Shown here in pieces: positions 1 through 8,072 of a stretch of 64,000 bases of DNA. Numbering within the stretch: the stretch's first letter is position 1; every line of letters starts with the position of its first letter. Origin of the DNA: an uncultured Porphyromonadaceae bacterium (GTDB lineage: Bacteria; Bacteroidota; Bacteroidia; Bacteroidales; Muribaculaceae); NCBI GenBank assembly GCA_946187345.1, contig CAMHQD010000007.1, positions 9,514 through 73,513 on the forward strand. Reading direction: 5' to 3'. A program made the translations under genes and the position numbers. Below the pieces are notes generated by a model. It was not told the DNA's origin and did no database searches. It saw nothing but the letters and a program-made list of their open reading frames with translations.

Positions 1-1
1 G

Positions 2-1342
2 CAGCAGTGGCCGCTGACGGGCGACAACATCGACCGCGTGGTCTTCCCTGCCTTCAACGCGAGCGATGACACGCTCATCACGGGCATCACCACGGCCGGC
101 AGTCCGCTGTTGGCGCCGCGCGCCGAGGGGCAGGTGTTTGTTGTCGATATGCCTGGCTTTGACGGCAGCAAGGCCAACTTTGCCGGCGACGCACGCTACG
201 AGGCGATGAGCCGCCGCGTGGACCTTGTGCTGTTTGTGCATAGTTCAGTGACGGCTGTCGGAGTGGCTGCCGCAGATTATCTGCAGAGTTTGAGGCTGCA
301 CAATCCCGGAGTGCCCGTCGTGTTGCTGCATAATGTGTTTGACACAGCCCACTGGCGTGCCGACGATAGCCGCGCGGCTGATGCCGAGCGCCAGATGCAG
401 GCCGAGCGAGAGGAAATTCAGAGCAAAGGCTTCAACATCAGCGTGGAGCATTGCCACGCTATCAATCTGGGAATGGTCGCTGACCACCGTGCCGGCGACA
501 ACGTGTTGCCTGAATACAGGGCGGCGTTGGAGGCCGAGGCACAGCGTTTTGAGACGTTCGAGGTGTCGCTGCGCGACTTGATTGTGAACAACATCAGCGA
601 CATGCGCGTCAACCGCTGCCTCGGAAGGGCCGGCGCGATGCGTGACGAGATTGTGGCCGAACTTGACACTCAGCGTGCCGACCTTGATGAGCGCCTTGCG
701 CGTCAGCGCGCCTTCAAGGACACGGTGGCGAGCCTGCGCGCCGAGTGCTCAATGCCACGTCACGCTGTCAGCGACCTGGTCAAGGCCTCCCATGCCGACG
801 CCGAGCAGTGCGCGTCGGTGTTCAACGGTGACATCAGCGGGGGAGTGCGCTCGATGGATAACGAGCAATGTGAGGCCCACTTGACGGCGTTGGCCAAACT
901 CTACTTCGAGGCGTTTGACACACGACTCTCGCTGGCTGTATATGACTGGTACACACAGCGAGTGGCCGACTATGCCCGCTCGCTCAACACGGCCGTGCCG
1001 TTGTCGCTGCCGCGGCTGACGCGGCAGACGCCGGCAATGATGCCAATCTTCCTGCCCGACGGAGTGCGGCAGTTCTTCCCGGGCAAATTCTTGTCGGGAT
1101 GGTTTAAGCACAGCGCCGACGACATCAGCGGCTACGTGCGCGTGATGCGCGACAATTTGCTGAACGCGAGTGTGTTCGAATTGCGTGTTACGGCTGTTGT
1201 GGAGCAACTCGCGGCAGCCTACGTGGCGCAGATAGAGCGGCACTACGACGGCATCGCCTCCACGCTGGCCAGCGATGGACTCGAGGCGCGTCGCGACGCC
1301 ATCGCCTCCCTCGCGCGCGGCCTGCGCGACATCATTTTCTGA
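2..1342 (+). CDS. P-loop GTPase-like protein (dynamin/YcjX-like), C-terminal part; 5' end outside window
   Basis: The frame is open from nt 2, with no stop upstream of the GTG at 38, so the gene is truncated by the window edge. VFVVDMPGFDG resembles a dynamin-type G3 (DxPG) motif and LLHNVFD a degenerate G4. A long helical region follows. It sits directly upstream of a DUF697/YcjF-like membrane protein. Confidence 0.45.
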   Translation, partial: QQWPLTGDNIDRVVFPAFNASDDTLITGITTAGSPLLAPRAEGQVFVVDMPGFDGSKANFAGDARYEAMSRRVDLVLFVHSSVTAVGVAAADYLQSLRLHNPGVPVVLLHNVFDTAHWRADDSRAADAERQMQAEREEIQSKGFNISVEHCHAINLGMVADHRAGDNVLPEYRAALEAEAQRFETFEVSLRDLIVNNISDMRVNRCLGRAGAMRDEIVAELDTQRADLDERLARQRAFKDTVASLRAECSMPRHAVSDLVKASHADAEQCASVFNGDISGGVRSMDNEQCEAHLTALAKLYFEAFDTRLSLAVYDWYTQRVADYARSLNTAVPLSLPRLTRQTPAMMPIFLPDGVRQFFPGKFLSGWFKHSADDISGYVRVMRDNLLNASVFELRVTAVVEQLAAAYVAQIERHYDGIASTLASDGLEARRDAIASLARGLRDIIF

Positions 1343-1348
1343 AAAAAG

Positions 1349-1418
1349 TTGACCGTTCACCGTTTACCGTTTACCGAAAGTAGACGCCACGGTTAACTGT
1401 CAACGGTAAACGGTAAAC
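1349..1418. repeat. TTTACCG-hairpin repeat (family 2), full copy
   Basis: gttgaccgttcaccgtttaccgtttaccg / loop / cggttaactgtcaacggtaaacggtaaac forms an imperfect hairpin of about 70 nt. It ends 12 nt before the ATG at 1431. Confidence 0.8.
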
Positions 1419-1430
1419 AATAAACCTTTC

Positions 1431-2489
1431 ATGAAGCGGAATCTGATTATAATAGCGTCCATCTTCATCGGCACAATAGTGCTGATGCTGCTTGGTAATA
1501 TCATTATTATCGGCGAGAAGTTGTCGCAGATGACCCACCTGTGGTGGGCCGAATGGGTGTTCTACGGACTGCTGGCCATCGTTGGTTTCTGGCTGGTGTT
1601 ACTGCCGATGATAAGGCTGCACGGCGCGCCGGAGTTTCCGGTGCTGACGCTCTCGCCCGATATGCAGGGACAACTCACTCCGCAGTCGCGCGCCGCATTG
1701 CAAGAGTTGGGTCACCGTCTGGCCGACAATGTGGAGCACTTGCCCAAAGCCAAGCGGGCCGAGCACGCGCGGCAACTGCGCCACGACGTGGACCGCTACA
1801 TTGACGACGAGAGCCTGCGCCGCACGGTGCAGGCCGAACTTGACACACGCCTGCAGTTGGTCAAGAGCCACGTGCATGAGTGGGGCAAGACGGTGTTCAT
1901 GATCACCGCCCTGTCACAAAACAGCAAGGTGGACGCCATCGCCTCGATGGTAATCAATATGCGGATGATTAGCGACGTGATACGCTGCTCGGGGTTCCGG
2001 CCCAGTCATAGCCAACTCTTCAAACAGTATGTGCGCATCCTCGCCACGTCGCTATTCAGTTACTACCTGCAGGGCGCGGTGGACGGCGCGGTGGACGACA
2101 TCGACATCACCTTTGGTGACGGCGCGACCGACGCGGCCACCACGGCCGACGGCATGACCGAGGCCGAGTTTATCAACTCCATCCCGGGCATCCACATCGC
2201 GGGTTTCATTCCGTCATCGCTGCTGGACGGTGCCATAAACACGCTGCTCACGCTGCGCATCGGCTACGTGACGCGCAGTTACCTTGAGCACGGTGCCGAG
2301 GCGCTGGCGGGCCGCGCGGGCATGTCGGTACGGCGTCACGCGATGATTGACGCCCTCAAGGAGGTGGCCACCATCAGCGCCGAGGCCACCAAGCAGGGCG
2401 TGAGCGCCGCCGCCGGCAAGGTCGCCGACTTCTTCCGGACCACGCCAAGTCCTTCCCCCACCCCCGTGAGTCCTTCCCCCACCTCCTAA
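1431..2489 (+). CDS. DUF697/YcjF-like inner-membrane protein
   Basis: ATG ORF of 352 aa with two N-terminal TM helices. ALSQNSKVDAIASMVINMRMISDVIRCSGF...LLDGAINTLLTLRIGYVTRSYL parallels the conserved core of E. coli YcjF (UPF0283/DUF697). The Pro/Ser tail TPSPSPTPVSPSPTS is encoded by a REP-1 copy. Confidence 0.6.
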   Translation: MKRNLIIIASIFIGTIVLMLLGNIIIIGEKLSQMTHLWWAEWVFYGLLAIVGFWLVLLPMIRLHGAPEFPVLTLSPDMQGQLTPQSRAALQELGHRLADNVEHLPKAKRAEHARQLRHDVDRYIDDESLRRTVQAELDTRLQLVKSHVHEWGKTVFMITALSQNSKVDAIASMVINMRMISDVIRCSGFRPSHSQLFKQYVRILATSLFSYYLQGAVDGAVDDIDITFGDGATDAATTADGMTEAEFINSIPGIHIAGFIPSSLLDGAINTLLTLRIGYVTRSYLEHGAEALAGRAGMSVRRHAMIDALKEVATISAEATKQGVSAAAGKVADFFRTTPSPSPTPVSPSPTS

Positions 2490-2503
2490 AGGAGGGGGAG
2501 ACA
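2470..2503 (-). repeat. REP-1 (CCCCTCC-loop-GGAGGGG hairpin with poly-G/C tail), reverse orientation
   Basis: ccttcccccacctcctaaaggagggggag. It overlaps the last codons and the stop of the 1431..2489 gene. Confidence 0.75.
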
Positions 2504-2583
2504 GCAGCCGTCTCCCAAAATCGTCCATTTGACCTCTCGATTGCTCGAAATTCGAAAAAAACTAAAAATGAAATAATGAAATA

Positions 2584-3588
2584 ATGAAAAAGACAATTTT
2601 ATCATTGATGATGGTGGGAGCGGCTCTCGCGGTCGCTGCACAGAGCGCACCCGTGGTGGCACCGGCGCCACTGCGAGCCGGGGACAAGGTCGCCGTGATG
2701 TCGATTGCCAGTACGCCGCGCGACTCTGTCGCCGAGCGTGCCGCCGCCGTGCTCGAGCAGTGGGGCTTCAAGCCCGTGATTATGCCGCACGTGACGGCTA
2801 ACCATCACGGGTTTGCCGGCACGGTGGAGGAACGCCTGAGCGACTTGATGACGTGCCTGCATGACCCCGAGGTGAAAGCGATCATCTCGACGCGCGGCGG
2901 TTACGGCACATCGATGCTGCTGGAGCCGCTCACCCGCGACACTCTGGCGCGCTACGGTAACAAGTGGATTGTGGGCTACAGCGATATCACGGCCATGCAT
3001 AGCGCGATGGTGTGTGCCGGACACCAGAGCCTGCACGCCAACATGGGCGGCTACATCGGTTCGCACAGTGCCACCGACAGCCTCAACCTGCTGCTGCGCG
3101 ACGTGCTGATGGGCAAGCGCCCCACCTACACTGTGCCCGGTCACGAGTTCAACCGGCCCGGCTCGGCCACCGGCATCGTCGTGGGCGGTAATATGGCGGT
3201 GTTCAGCAACATCGCCGGTAGCCGCGACTTTGACTTCCTTGACCGCGACAACATCGCCGATCGCGACATCATCCTCTTCTTTGAGGACGTGGGCGAGAAC
3301 ATCTCGCGCGTGAGCAGCATGTTCACCCAACTTGTGGTGAAAGGCGTGATGAAGCGCGTGAAAGGTGTCATCGTTGGCCGCTTCACAGAGTATTCTCCCT
3401 CCAACGGCTATGAGACGATGGAGGCGATGCTGCGCGAGCGCCTCGCACCTTACGGCGATATTCCCATCTGCTTTGACTTCCCCGTGAGCCACGACGAGAG
3501 TTGGAACTATCCGATGATTGTTGGCGCCACGGTCACACTCTCGGTTCCGGCCGACTGTGGCCCGGTCACGCTCATCTACCACGAATAG
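2584..3588 (+). CDS. LD-carboxypeptidase (peptidase S66, LdcA/MccF family), secreted
   Basis: 334 aa with a signal peptide (MKKTILSLMMVGAALAVAAQS). It has the GYSDITAMH nucleophile-Ser motif and the overall S66 layout with a C-terminal His region (FDFPVSHDE). Confidence 0.8.
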   Translation: MKKTILSLMMVGAALAVAAQSAPVVAPAPLRAGDKVAVMSIASTPRDSVAERAAAVLEQWGFKPVIMPHVTANHHGFAGTVEERLSDLMTCLHDPEVKAIISTRGGYGTSMLLEPLTRDTLARYGNKWIVGYSDITAMHSAMVCAGHQSLHANMGGYIGSHSATDSLNLLLRDVLMGKRPTYTVPGHEFNRPGSATGIVVGGNMAVFSNIAGSRDFDFLDRDNIADRDIILFFEDVGENISRVSSMFTQLVVKGVMKRVKGVIVGRFTEYSPSNGYETMEAMLRERLAPYGDIPICFDFPVSHDESWNYPMIVGATVTLSVPADCGPVTLIYHE

Positions 3589-3590
3589 AG

Positions 3591-3620
3591 CCTCCCCCTC
3601 CTCTCCTGAAGGAGAGGTGT
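3591..3620 (-). repeat. REP-1 copy, reverse orientation
   Basis: cctccccctcctctcctgaaggagaggtgt, immediately after the stop of the S66 gene. Confidence 0.7.
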
Positions 3621-3644
3621 ATTGAAGCAAAAACAATATTGGAA

Positions 3645-4103
3645 ATGGTTAGAACATTTATTTTAATGGTGACGATGTTGCTGTGCGCGACGGGCGCCGA
3701 GGCGGCGAGTTACCTCTACCGTGGCAACTCGACTTACACGAGCGACATCCTCTACACGTGGGATGGCCGTCACGTCTATAGTGGCCGCTCCACCTATTCG
3801 AGCGACATCCTCTACACGTGGGACGGCCGCCACGTCTATAGCGGCCGCTCCACCTATTCGAGCGACATCCTCTACACGTGGGACGGCCGTTACGTTTATA
3901 ACGGCAACTCTACCTACTCGAGCGACATACTCTGCACTTGGGACGGCCGTCACGTCTATCGTGGCCGTTCCACCTATTCGAGCGACATCCTCTGCACGGT
4001 GAGCAAGGGTCACGTTTACCGCGGCCGCAGCGAGTATACGAGCGACATCCTCTACACGTTCAGCGGTTCCCTTCCCATACCGGTGCTGCTACTGCTGCTG
4101 TGA
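3645..4103 (+). CDS. Secreted protein built from about seven tandem 20-aa repeats (YxGxSTYSSDILYTWDGRHV)
   Basis: I chose the ATG at 3645 (MVRTFILMVTMLLCATGAEA signal peptide) over the track start at 3501, which overlaps the upstream gene and a REP. The body is a 60-bp periodic coding repeat with a hydrophobic C-terminus, LPIPVLLLLL. Confidence 0.55.
   Translation: MVRTFILMVTMLLCATGAEAASYLYRGNSTYTSDILYTWDGRHVYSGRSTYSSDILYTWDGRHVYSGRSTYSSDILYTWDGRYVYNGNSTYSSDILCTWDGRHVYRGRSTYSSDILCTVSKGHVYRGRSEYTSDILYTFSGSLPIPVLLLLL
3711..4065 (+). repeat. 60-bp tandem coding repeat, about 6-7 units
   Basis: Units such as cacgtctatagtggccgctccacctattcgagcgacatcctctacacgtgggacggccgc recur head to tail. The central copies are nearly identical. 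Confidence 0.85.
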
Positions 4104-4871
4104 ACGGCCGGTGGTGATGGTGAGGCGGGCTTGCTCGACGAGGAAGGTAAAGAAGCGGAGCATGGGGTTGGCGGGGTCGGCTGCGACGAAGTTCTCGGGG
4201 TGCCACTGCACGGCAAGAATGGGCCGCTCGGGATAGCCGTCGAGCATTTCGATGACAGCGTCGGGGCTCCAAGCGGTAGCCGTGAGGCACGGCGCGATTT
4301 TCTTGACGGCTTGATGATGGCGACTGTTGACTCCGAGCGATGTCACTCCCATCACTTCGGCCGACTTGGTACCGGGTTCGATATAGACATCGTGGGCAGC
4401 GGCGGCGCGCGGCTCTGAGACCTTGTGAGCGACAACCGACGGCACCTGTGATGGCAGGTCCTGCCACAGCGAGCCTCCCAGAGCCACGTTGAGCACCTGC
4501 ATACCGCGGCAGACGCCTAATATCGGTATTCGGCGCGCCACGGCACGCTCTATCAACGCCATCTCGAAGGTGTCGCGCACGGCGTTCACCTCGCCCAGCA
4601 TCGGGTGTGGCGGCTCGCCATAATAAGCGGGGTCGATGTCCGCGCCACCCGATAGCAGCAAGCCGTCGACGCTCGCTATCATCTCATCTATCGCCGCAGT
4701 ATCGCAAGTGGCCTGCAGCAACAGCGGTTTGCCGCCGGCCATGGTCACCGCGGTGAAGTAGTCGATGCCAACGGACTGCTCGTCGGCATCCGGCGAGGCG
4801 GTGATACCAATTACCGGCGATTGTGCGAGCGCTTGCAATCCCATAAAACAAAATGCGATTATCGTTTTCAT
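4089..4871 (-). CDS. Class I glutamine amidotransferase / gamma-glutamyl hydrolase (peptidase C26, PuuD-like), secreted
   Basis: GVCRGMQVLNVALGGSL (Cys nucleophile), HHQAV and VQWHPE (His/Glu) motifs, plus an N-terminal signal peptide. Its 3' end overlaps the convergent repeat-protein gene by 15 nt. Confidence 0.8.
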   Translation of the reverse strand: MKTIIAFCFMGLQALAQSPVIGITASPDADEQSVGIDYFTAVTMAGGKPLLLQATCDTAAIDEMIASVDGLLLSGGADIDPAYYGEPPHPMLGEVNAVRDTFEMALIERAVARRIPILGVCRGMQVLNVALGGSLWQDLPSQVPSVVAHKVSEPRAAAAHDVYIEPGTKSAEVMGVTSLGVNSRHHQAVKKIAPCLTATAWSPDAVIEMLDGYPERPILAVQWHPENFVAADPANPMLRFFTFLVEQARLTITTGRSQQQ

Positions 4872-4872
4872 G

Positions 4873-4908
4873 AAAGGTTTACCGTTGACCGTTTACCGTT
4901 GACCGTTT
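4873..4908. repeat. TTTACCG-hairpin family, half copy
   Basis: aaaggtttaccgttgaccgtttaccgttgaccg lies directly upstream of the minus-strand start codon at 4871. Confidence 0.6.
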
Positions 4909-4910
4909 TA

Positions 4911-4936
4911 TCCTCCCCCCTTCTGAAGGAGGGGGC
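4911..4936 (-). repeat. REP-1 copy, reverse orientation (left member of an inverted pair)
   Basis: tcctccccccttctgaaggagggggc. Confidence 0.75.
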
Positions 4937-4958
4937 TATAGGTTGCCACAACTGCCAA

Positions 4959-4987
4959 CTCCCCTCCTTAGGAGGGGTGGGGGGAGG
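4959..4987 (+). repeat. REP-1 copy, forward orientation (right member of an inverted pair)
   Basis: actcccctccttaggaggggtggggggagg. It supplies the last codons (SSPHPS) and the stop of xth. Confidence 0.8.
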
Positions 4988-5753
4988 ACACCGCGAGGTC
5001 GAGCGAGACGGGGCAATGGTCGCTGCCGAGGATGGCGGTGTGGATGTCGGCGGCGGCGACCTGCGGAGCCAGTCGGGCCGAGACCAGGAAGTAGTCGATG
5101 CGCCACCCGGCGTTCTTCTCTCTCGCGCGGAAGCGGTAACTCCACCAACTGTAGATGTCGCGACGTTCAGGATACAAGAGGCGGAAAGTATCGACCATGG
5201 CGCCATCGTCGGGGTCGAGCAACCGCGTCATCTTGGCGCGTTCCTCGTCGGTGAAGCCGGCGTTGCGGCGGTTAGTCTTCGGGTTTTTGAGGTCGATTTC
5301 CTGGTGGGCGACATTCATGTCGCCACACACAATCACGGGCTTGACGGCGTCCAACCGCTTGAGGTAGGCTCGGAAGTCGTCTTCCCAGCGCATCCGGTAG
5401 TCCAAGCGGCGCAGGCCGTCCTGACTGTTGGGCACATAGACGGTGACGAGGTAGTAGGCCGGCATCTCAAGGGTAATCACGCGGCCCTCATGGTCGTGCT
5501 CGTCGACACCGATGCCGGTGGTGACGGCAATCGGCTCGTGGCGCGAGAAGATGGCTGTGCCGCTGTAGCCCTTCTTGTCGGCGTAATTATAGTAGGCCTT
5601 ATAGCCCGGCAACTCGAGGTCAAGTTGGCCGGCCTGCATCTTGGTTTCCTGCAGGCATATGAAATCGGCGTCAAGGGCGAGCACGCTGTCGACGAAGCCT
5701 TTGTCGACACAGGCTCTGAGGCCGTTGACGTTCCATGAGACAAAGCGTGTCAT
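4968..5753 (-). CDS. xth: Exodeoxyribonuclease III
   Basis: MTRFVSWNVNGLRA...FICLQETK...SDHCPV are canonical ExoIII/AP-endonuclease (EEP family) motifs. The length of 261 aa fits. Confidence 0.9.
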   Translation of the reverse strand: MTRFVSWNVNGLRACVDKGFVDSVLALDADFICLQETKMQAGQLDLELPGYKAYYNYADKKGYSGTAIFSRHEPIAVTTGIGVDEHDHEGRVITLEMPAYYLVTVYVPNSQDGLRRLDYRMRWEDDFRAYLKRLDAVKPVIVCGDMNVAHQEIDLKNPKTNRRNAGFTDEERAKMTRLLDPDDGAMVDTFRLLYPERRDIYSWWSYRFRAREKNAGWRIDYFLVSARLAPQVAAADIHTAILGSDHCPVSLDLAVSSPHPS

Positions 5754-5804
5754 AAGATGTTAGTTGTTAGATGGTTGCCACAAGGTGGCAGCACGCAGGA
5801 CGGG

Positions 5805-6083
5805 TTATTCGTCGGTTTCCTCTTCTTCGTCAAGGCGACGCTGCGCGGCCTTGATGGTGTTGCGATAGGCCAGATAGAAGGCCACAGTCATCAGCAGGGC
5901 GGCAACCAGAATCACCAGTCCCACCCATAGGCCAGTCTCGCCGATGATGCCGGCGTTGCCGCAGTAGAGCAGCGCCAGACCGGCCAGCAGCACCACCAGG
6001 TTGGCCACCAGCACGATATTCAGCCCCTTGCGAGCCATTTGGCCCAGACGTCGCCGGGCCTCAATTCTTTTCTCTTGTTCCAT
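5805..6083 (-). CDS. Small membrane protein (2 TM), unknown function
   Basis: 92-aa ATG ORF with two clear hydrophobic helices and charged termini. A candidate -7 box lies upstream. Confidence 0.5.
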   Translation of the reverse strand: MEQEKRIEARRRLGQMARKGLNIVLVANLVVLLAGLALLYCGNAGIIGETGLWVGLVILVAALLMTVAFYLAYRNTIKAAQRRLDEEEETDE

Positions 6084-6148
6084 ATTAGTCGTTAGTTAGT
6101 AGATAGAGGGCAGCCACGAGGTGGCTGCACACCTAACATTAGTCGTTA

Positions 6149-6156
6149 CAAAAATA
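6149..6156 (-). promoter_or_regulatory. Candidate -7 promoter box (TATTTTTG)
   Basis: The reverse complement matches the Bacteroides primary-sigma -7 consensus TAnnTTTG, about 65 nt upstream of the start at 6083. Confidence 0.35.
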
Positions 6157-6199
6157 CAAAAAAAACTGCACTTTGAGATGGCTCACCGGCTTTTTTGTG

Positions 6200-6207
6200 T
6201 AACTTTG
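6200..6207 (+). promoter_or_regulatory. Candidate -7 promoter box (TAACTTTG)
   Basis: Matches TAnnTTTG, 34 nt upstream of the ATG at 6241. Confidence 0.4.
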
Positions 6208-6240
6208 TGGCATTATTTGACGAAAACCTTTTATTCTGCT

Positions 6241-6873
6241 ATGGCAAACTATAATGCCAGCGATGCCGTCACGCTTTATCCCGACGGTAAATACCGGTGG
6301 GTGTATGAGATGAACCTCTACACAAACCCAACGATTTTGTTCCTGGTGTTGAAGATTTTCTTTTGGATTTGCTTCGGCCTGTGGGTGTTCATGACGTTGC
6401 TCACGGCGTGCGAGTCGCGGCACTTTGTCGACGATTGGCTGAACATGAGCAAGTTCGCGCTAATCTTCACCGCCGGCTTCCTCGCTTTGGTCACAATCGG
6501 TTACTATTTCTACGCCTTGATAATGGGCGGCCGCTACTGTGTCCTCTTTGAGATGGACGACAAGGGCGTGCTGCACCAGCAGTTACTCAAGGATGTGAAG
6601 AAGGCCCACGTGCTCGCGGCGCTCACCTCGCTGACCGGCGCACTCAGAGGCAATCTCACCGCCACGGGAATCGGCCTCAATCTTGCCACGCGTACCCAGC
6701 AGTATAGCGACTTTGCCTCGGTGACCTCTGTGGAACTATATCGCAACCGTGGCTTAATCAAGGTGAACGCTCCGCTCAACTATAATCAAGTGTACGCCTC
6801 GCCTGCCGACTTTGACCGCGTCCTCAATCACATTCTGGCCCACATTCCAGCCACAGCCACCATCCACCGTTAG
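6241..6873 (+). CDS. Membrane protein, unknown function
   Basis: I chose the ATG at 6241 (MANYNASDAV...), downstream of the -7 box, over the track start at 6121. It has three hydrophobic helices followed by a soluble C-terminal domain. Confidence 0.55.
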   Translation: MANYNASDAVTLYPDGKYRWVYEMNLYTNPTILFLVLKIFFWICFGLWVFMTLLTACESRHFVDDWLNMSKFALIFTAGFLALVTIGYYFYALIMGGRYCVLFEMDDKGVLHQQLLKDVKKAHVLAALTSLTGALRGNLTATGIGLNLATRTQQYSDFASVTSVELYRNRGLIKVNAPLNYNQVYASPADFDRVLNHILAHIPATATIHR

Positions 6874-8072
6874 TCGCCGAGAAAGGCGAAGTGGGCAGGG
6901 ATGTCTCCGGTGCGCACTTGCCAGAGCAGCGTGCCGTCGCCCTTGAGGCAGTAGAGGGTGCCGGGGGTGACGTAGGAGCGGGCATCGGCGATGAGGATGT
7001 CGCCGGTGACGGGGTTGACGGCGATGCCGTAGGGTCGCTGAATGGCGTCTTCGGTGCCGTCGGTGATAAAGCCGTCGTTCACCACTTGCATTGTGGCGGT
7101 GTTGACGATGAGGTATCGCACGTCGCCGGCGGTGCGGTTCACCTCGCTCCACTGGCTGCTGACCACGTATAGCGAGTCGCCCCGCATGGCCATTGAGGCG
7201 ACGGGCACGTCAAGCGTGGCGACGATGCGGCGCTTGCGGGTGTCGTAGGCGTAGAGGCGTCCCGGCGTGTCGAGGTAGTCGCCACGCGAACTCACCCAGA
7301 GCACGCCGCGGTTGTCGCCGCGCACGCATTGCAGGTTGATGTCTATCTTGACGCGCTCAGTCTCGCGGAACGTGGCGAGGTCGATGACGCTAAGTGTGTT
7401 CTCATAGTTCGGCACCATGTATCCGCCCGAATTGGCGACGTAGATGCGGTCGCCCACGATTTCCAGTTCGTCGGGTTGGAATCCCACGATGCAGCGGTCG
7501 ACGACCTCAAGTGTGGCGGTGTCTACCTTGGCCACATATCCCAGTTGCTTGTAGTTCTCATCAATCTGGACGGGTCCGGCGTAACTGGTGACGTAGGCAT
7601 AGCGGCCGTGGAAGCGGATGTTGCGGCAGTTGGGAATGTCGATTTGTCCGATTTTGCGGACGCTCATGCGGTCCATCACGTCCACCTTGTTGCTGCAGTT
7701 GACCACGGCATAGAGGCGCGTGCCGTAGATGGCGAGGTCGTTGCCCACGTCGCCGAGTTCCTTGGGCACGTCGGGGTTGGCGAAGGCGAACACGTTGCGG
7801 GTGTACCGGCCGGAGGCGTAGTTGTAGTAGTCGATTGTGGCCTTGTTGGTGCCCATGTTACCCTCGTTGAGCAGGAAGAAGCCGCGCACGCTGGTGAGTT
7901 CGGGTCGTGCCACGTCGACGTGCTCGGGGATGAAGATGACATCGTCGTGGCGGCAGGAGACCGACAGCAGGCCTATCGCGAGGGCAGCCACGAGGTGGCT
8001 GCACAGCGAACGTAGGCCTATCGGTAAACGGTAAACGGTAAACGGTAAACCTTTCATTTTTAGAAGTCGCAT
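6870..8072 (-). CDS. BtuG-like surface lipoprotein (YncE/beta-propeller type), last gene of the B12 operon
   Basis: About 400 aa with a lipobox (LLSVSC). The sequence periodicity is typical of a beta-propeller (repeated hydrophobic-strand/Gly-Asp turns). It lies immediately downstream of btuB, as btuG does in Bacteroides. An alternative start at 8057 (MKGLPF...) avoids overlap with btuB. Confidence 0.6.
   Translation of the reverse strand: MRLLKMKGLPFTVYRLPIGLRSLCSHLVAALAIGLLSVSCRHDDVIFIPEHVDVARPELTSVRGFFLLNEGNMGTNKATIDYYNYASGRYTRNVFAFANPDVPKELGDVGNDLAIYGTRLYAVVNCSNKVDVMDRMSVRKIGQIDIPNCRNIRFHGRYAYVTSYAGPVQIDENYKQLGYVAKVDTATLEVVDRCIVGFQPDELEIVGDRIYVANSGGYMVPNYENTLSVIDLATFRETERVKIDINLQCVRGDNRGVLWVSSRGDYLDTPGRLYAYDTRKRRIVATLDVPVASMAMRGDSLYVVSSQWSEVNRTAGDVRYLIVNTATMQVVNDGFITDGTEDAIQRPYGIAVNPVTGDILIADARSYVTPGTLYCLKGDGTLLWQVRTGDIPAHFAFLGD
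8023..8050. repeat. Perfect heptanucleotide array (GGTAAAC)x4
   Basis: ggtaaacggtaaacggtaaacggtaaac. On the coding strand, (GTTTACC)4 encodes GLPFTVYRLP at the extreme 5' end of the BtuG-like ORF. Confidence 0.9.

Noticed and set aside
3501-3644. Longer N-terminal extensions offered by the ORF track. Examples: 3501 for the repeat protein, 6121 for the membrane protein, 38096 for fabG, 40921, 55418, 59943 for pyrG, and 61537 for the ATPase.
   Set aside because: The extensions run through upstream genes, REP elements or promoter boxes, and they precede a better internal ATG that yields a canonical N-terminus or signal peptide. I reported the shorter starts.
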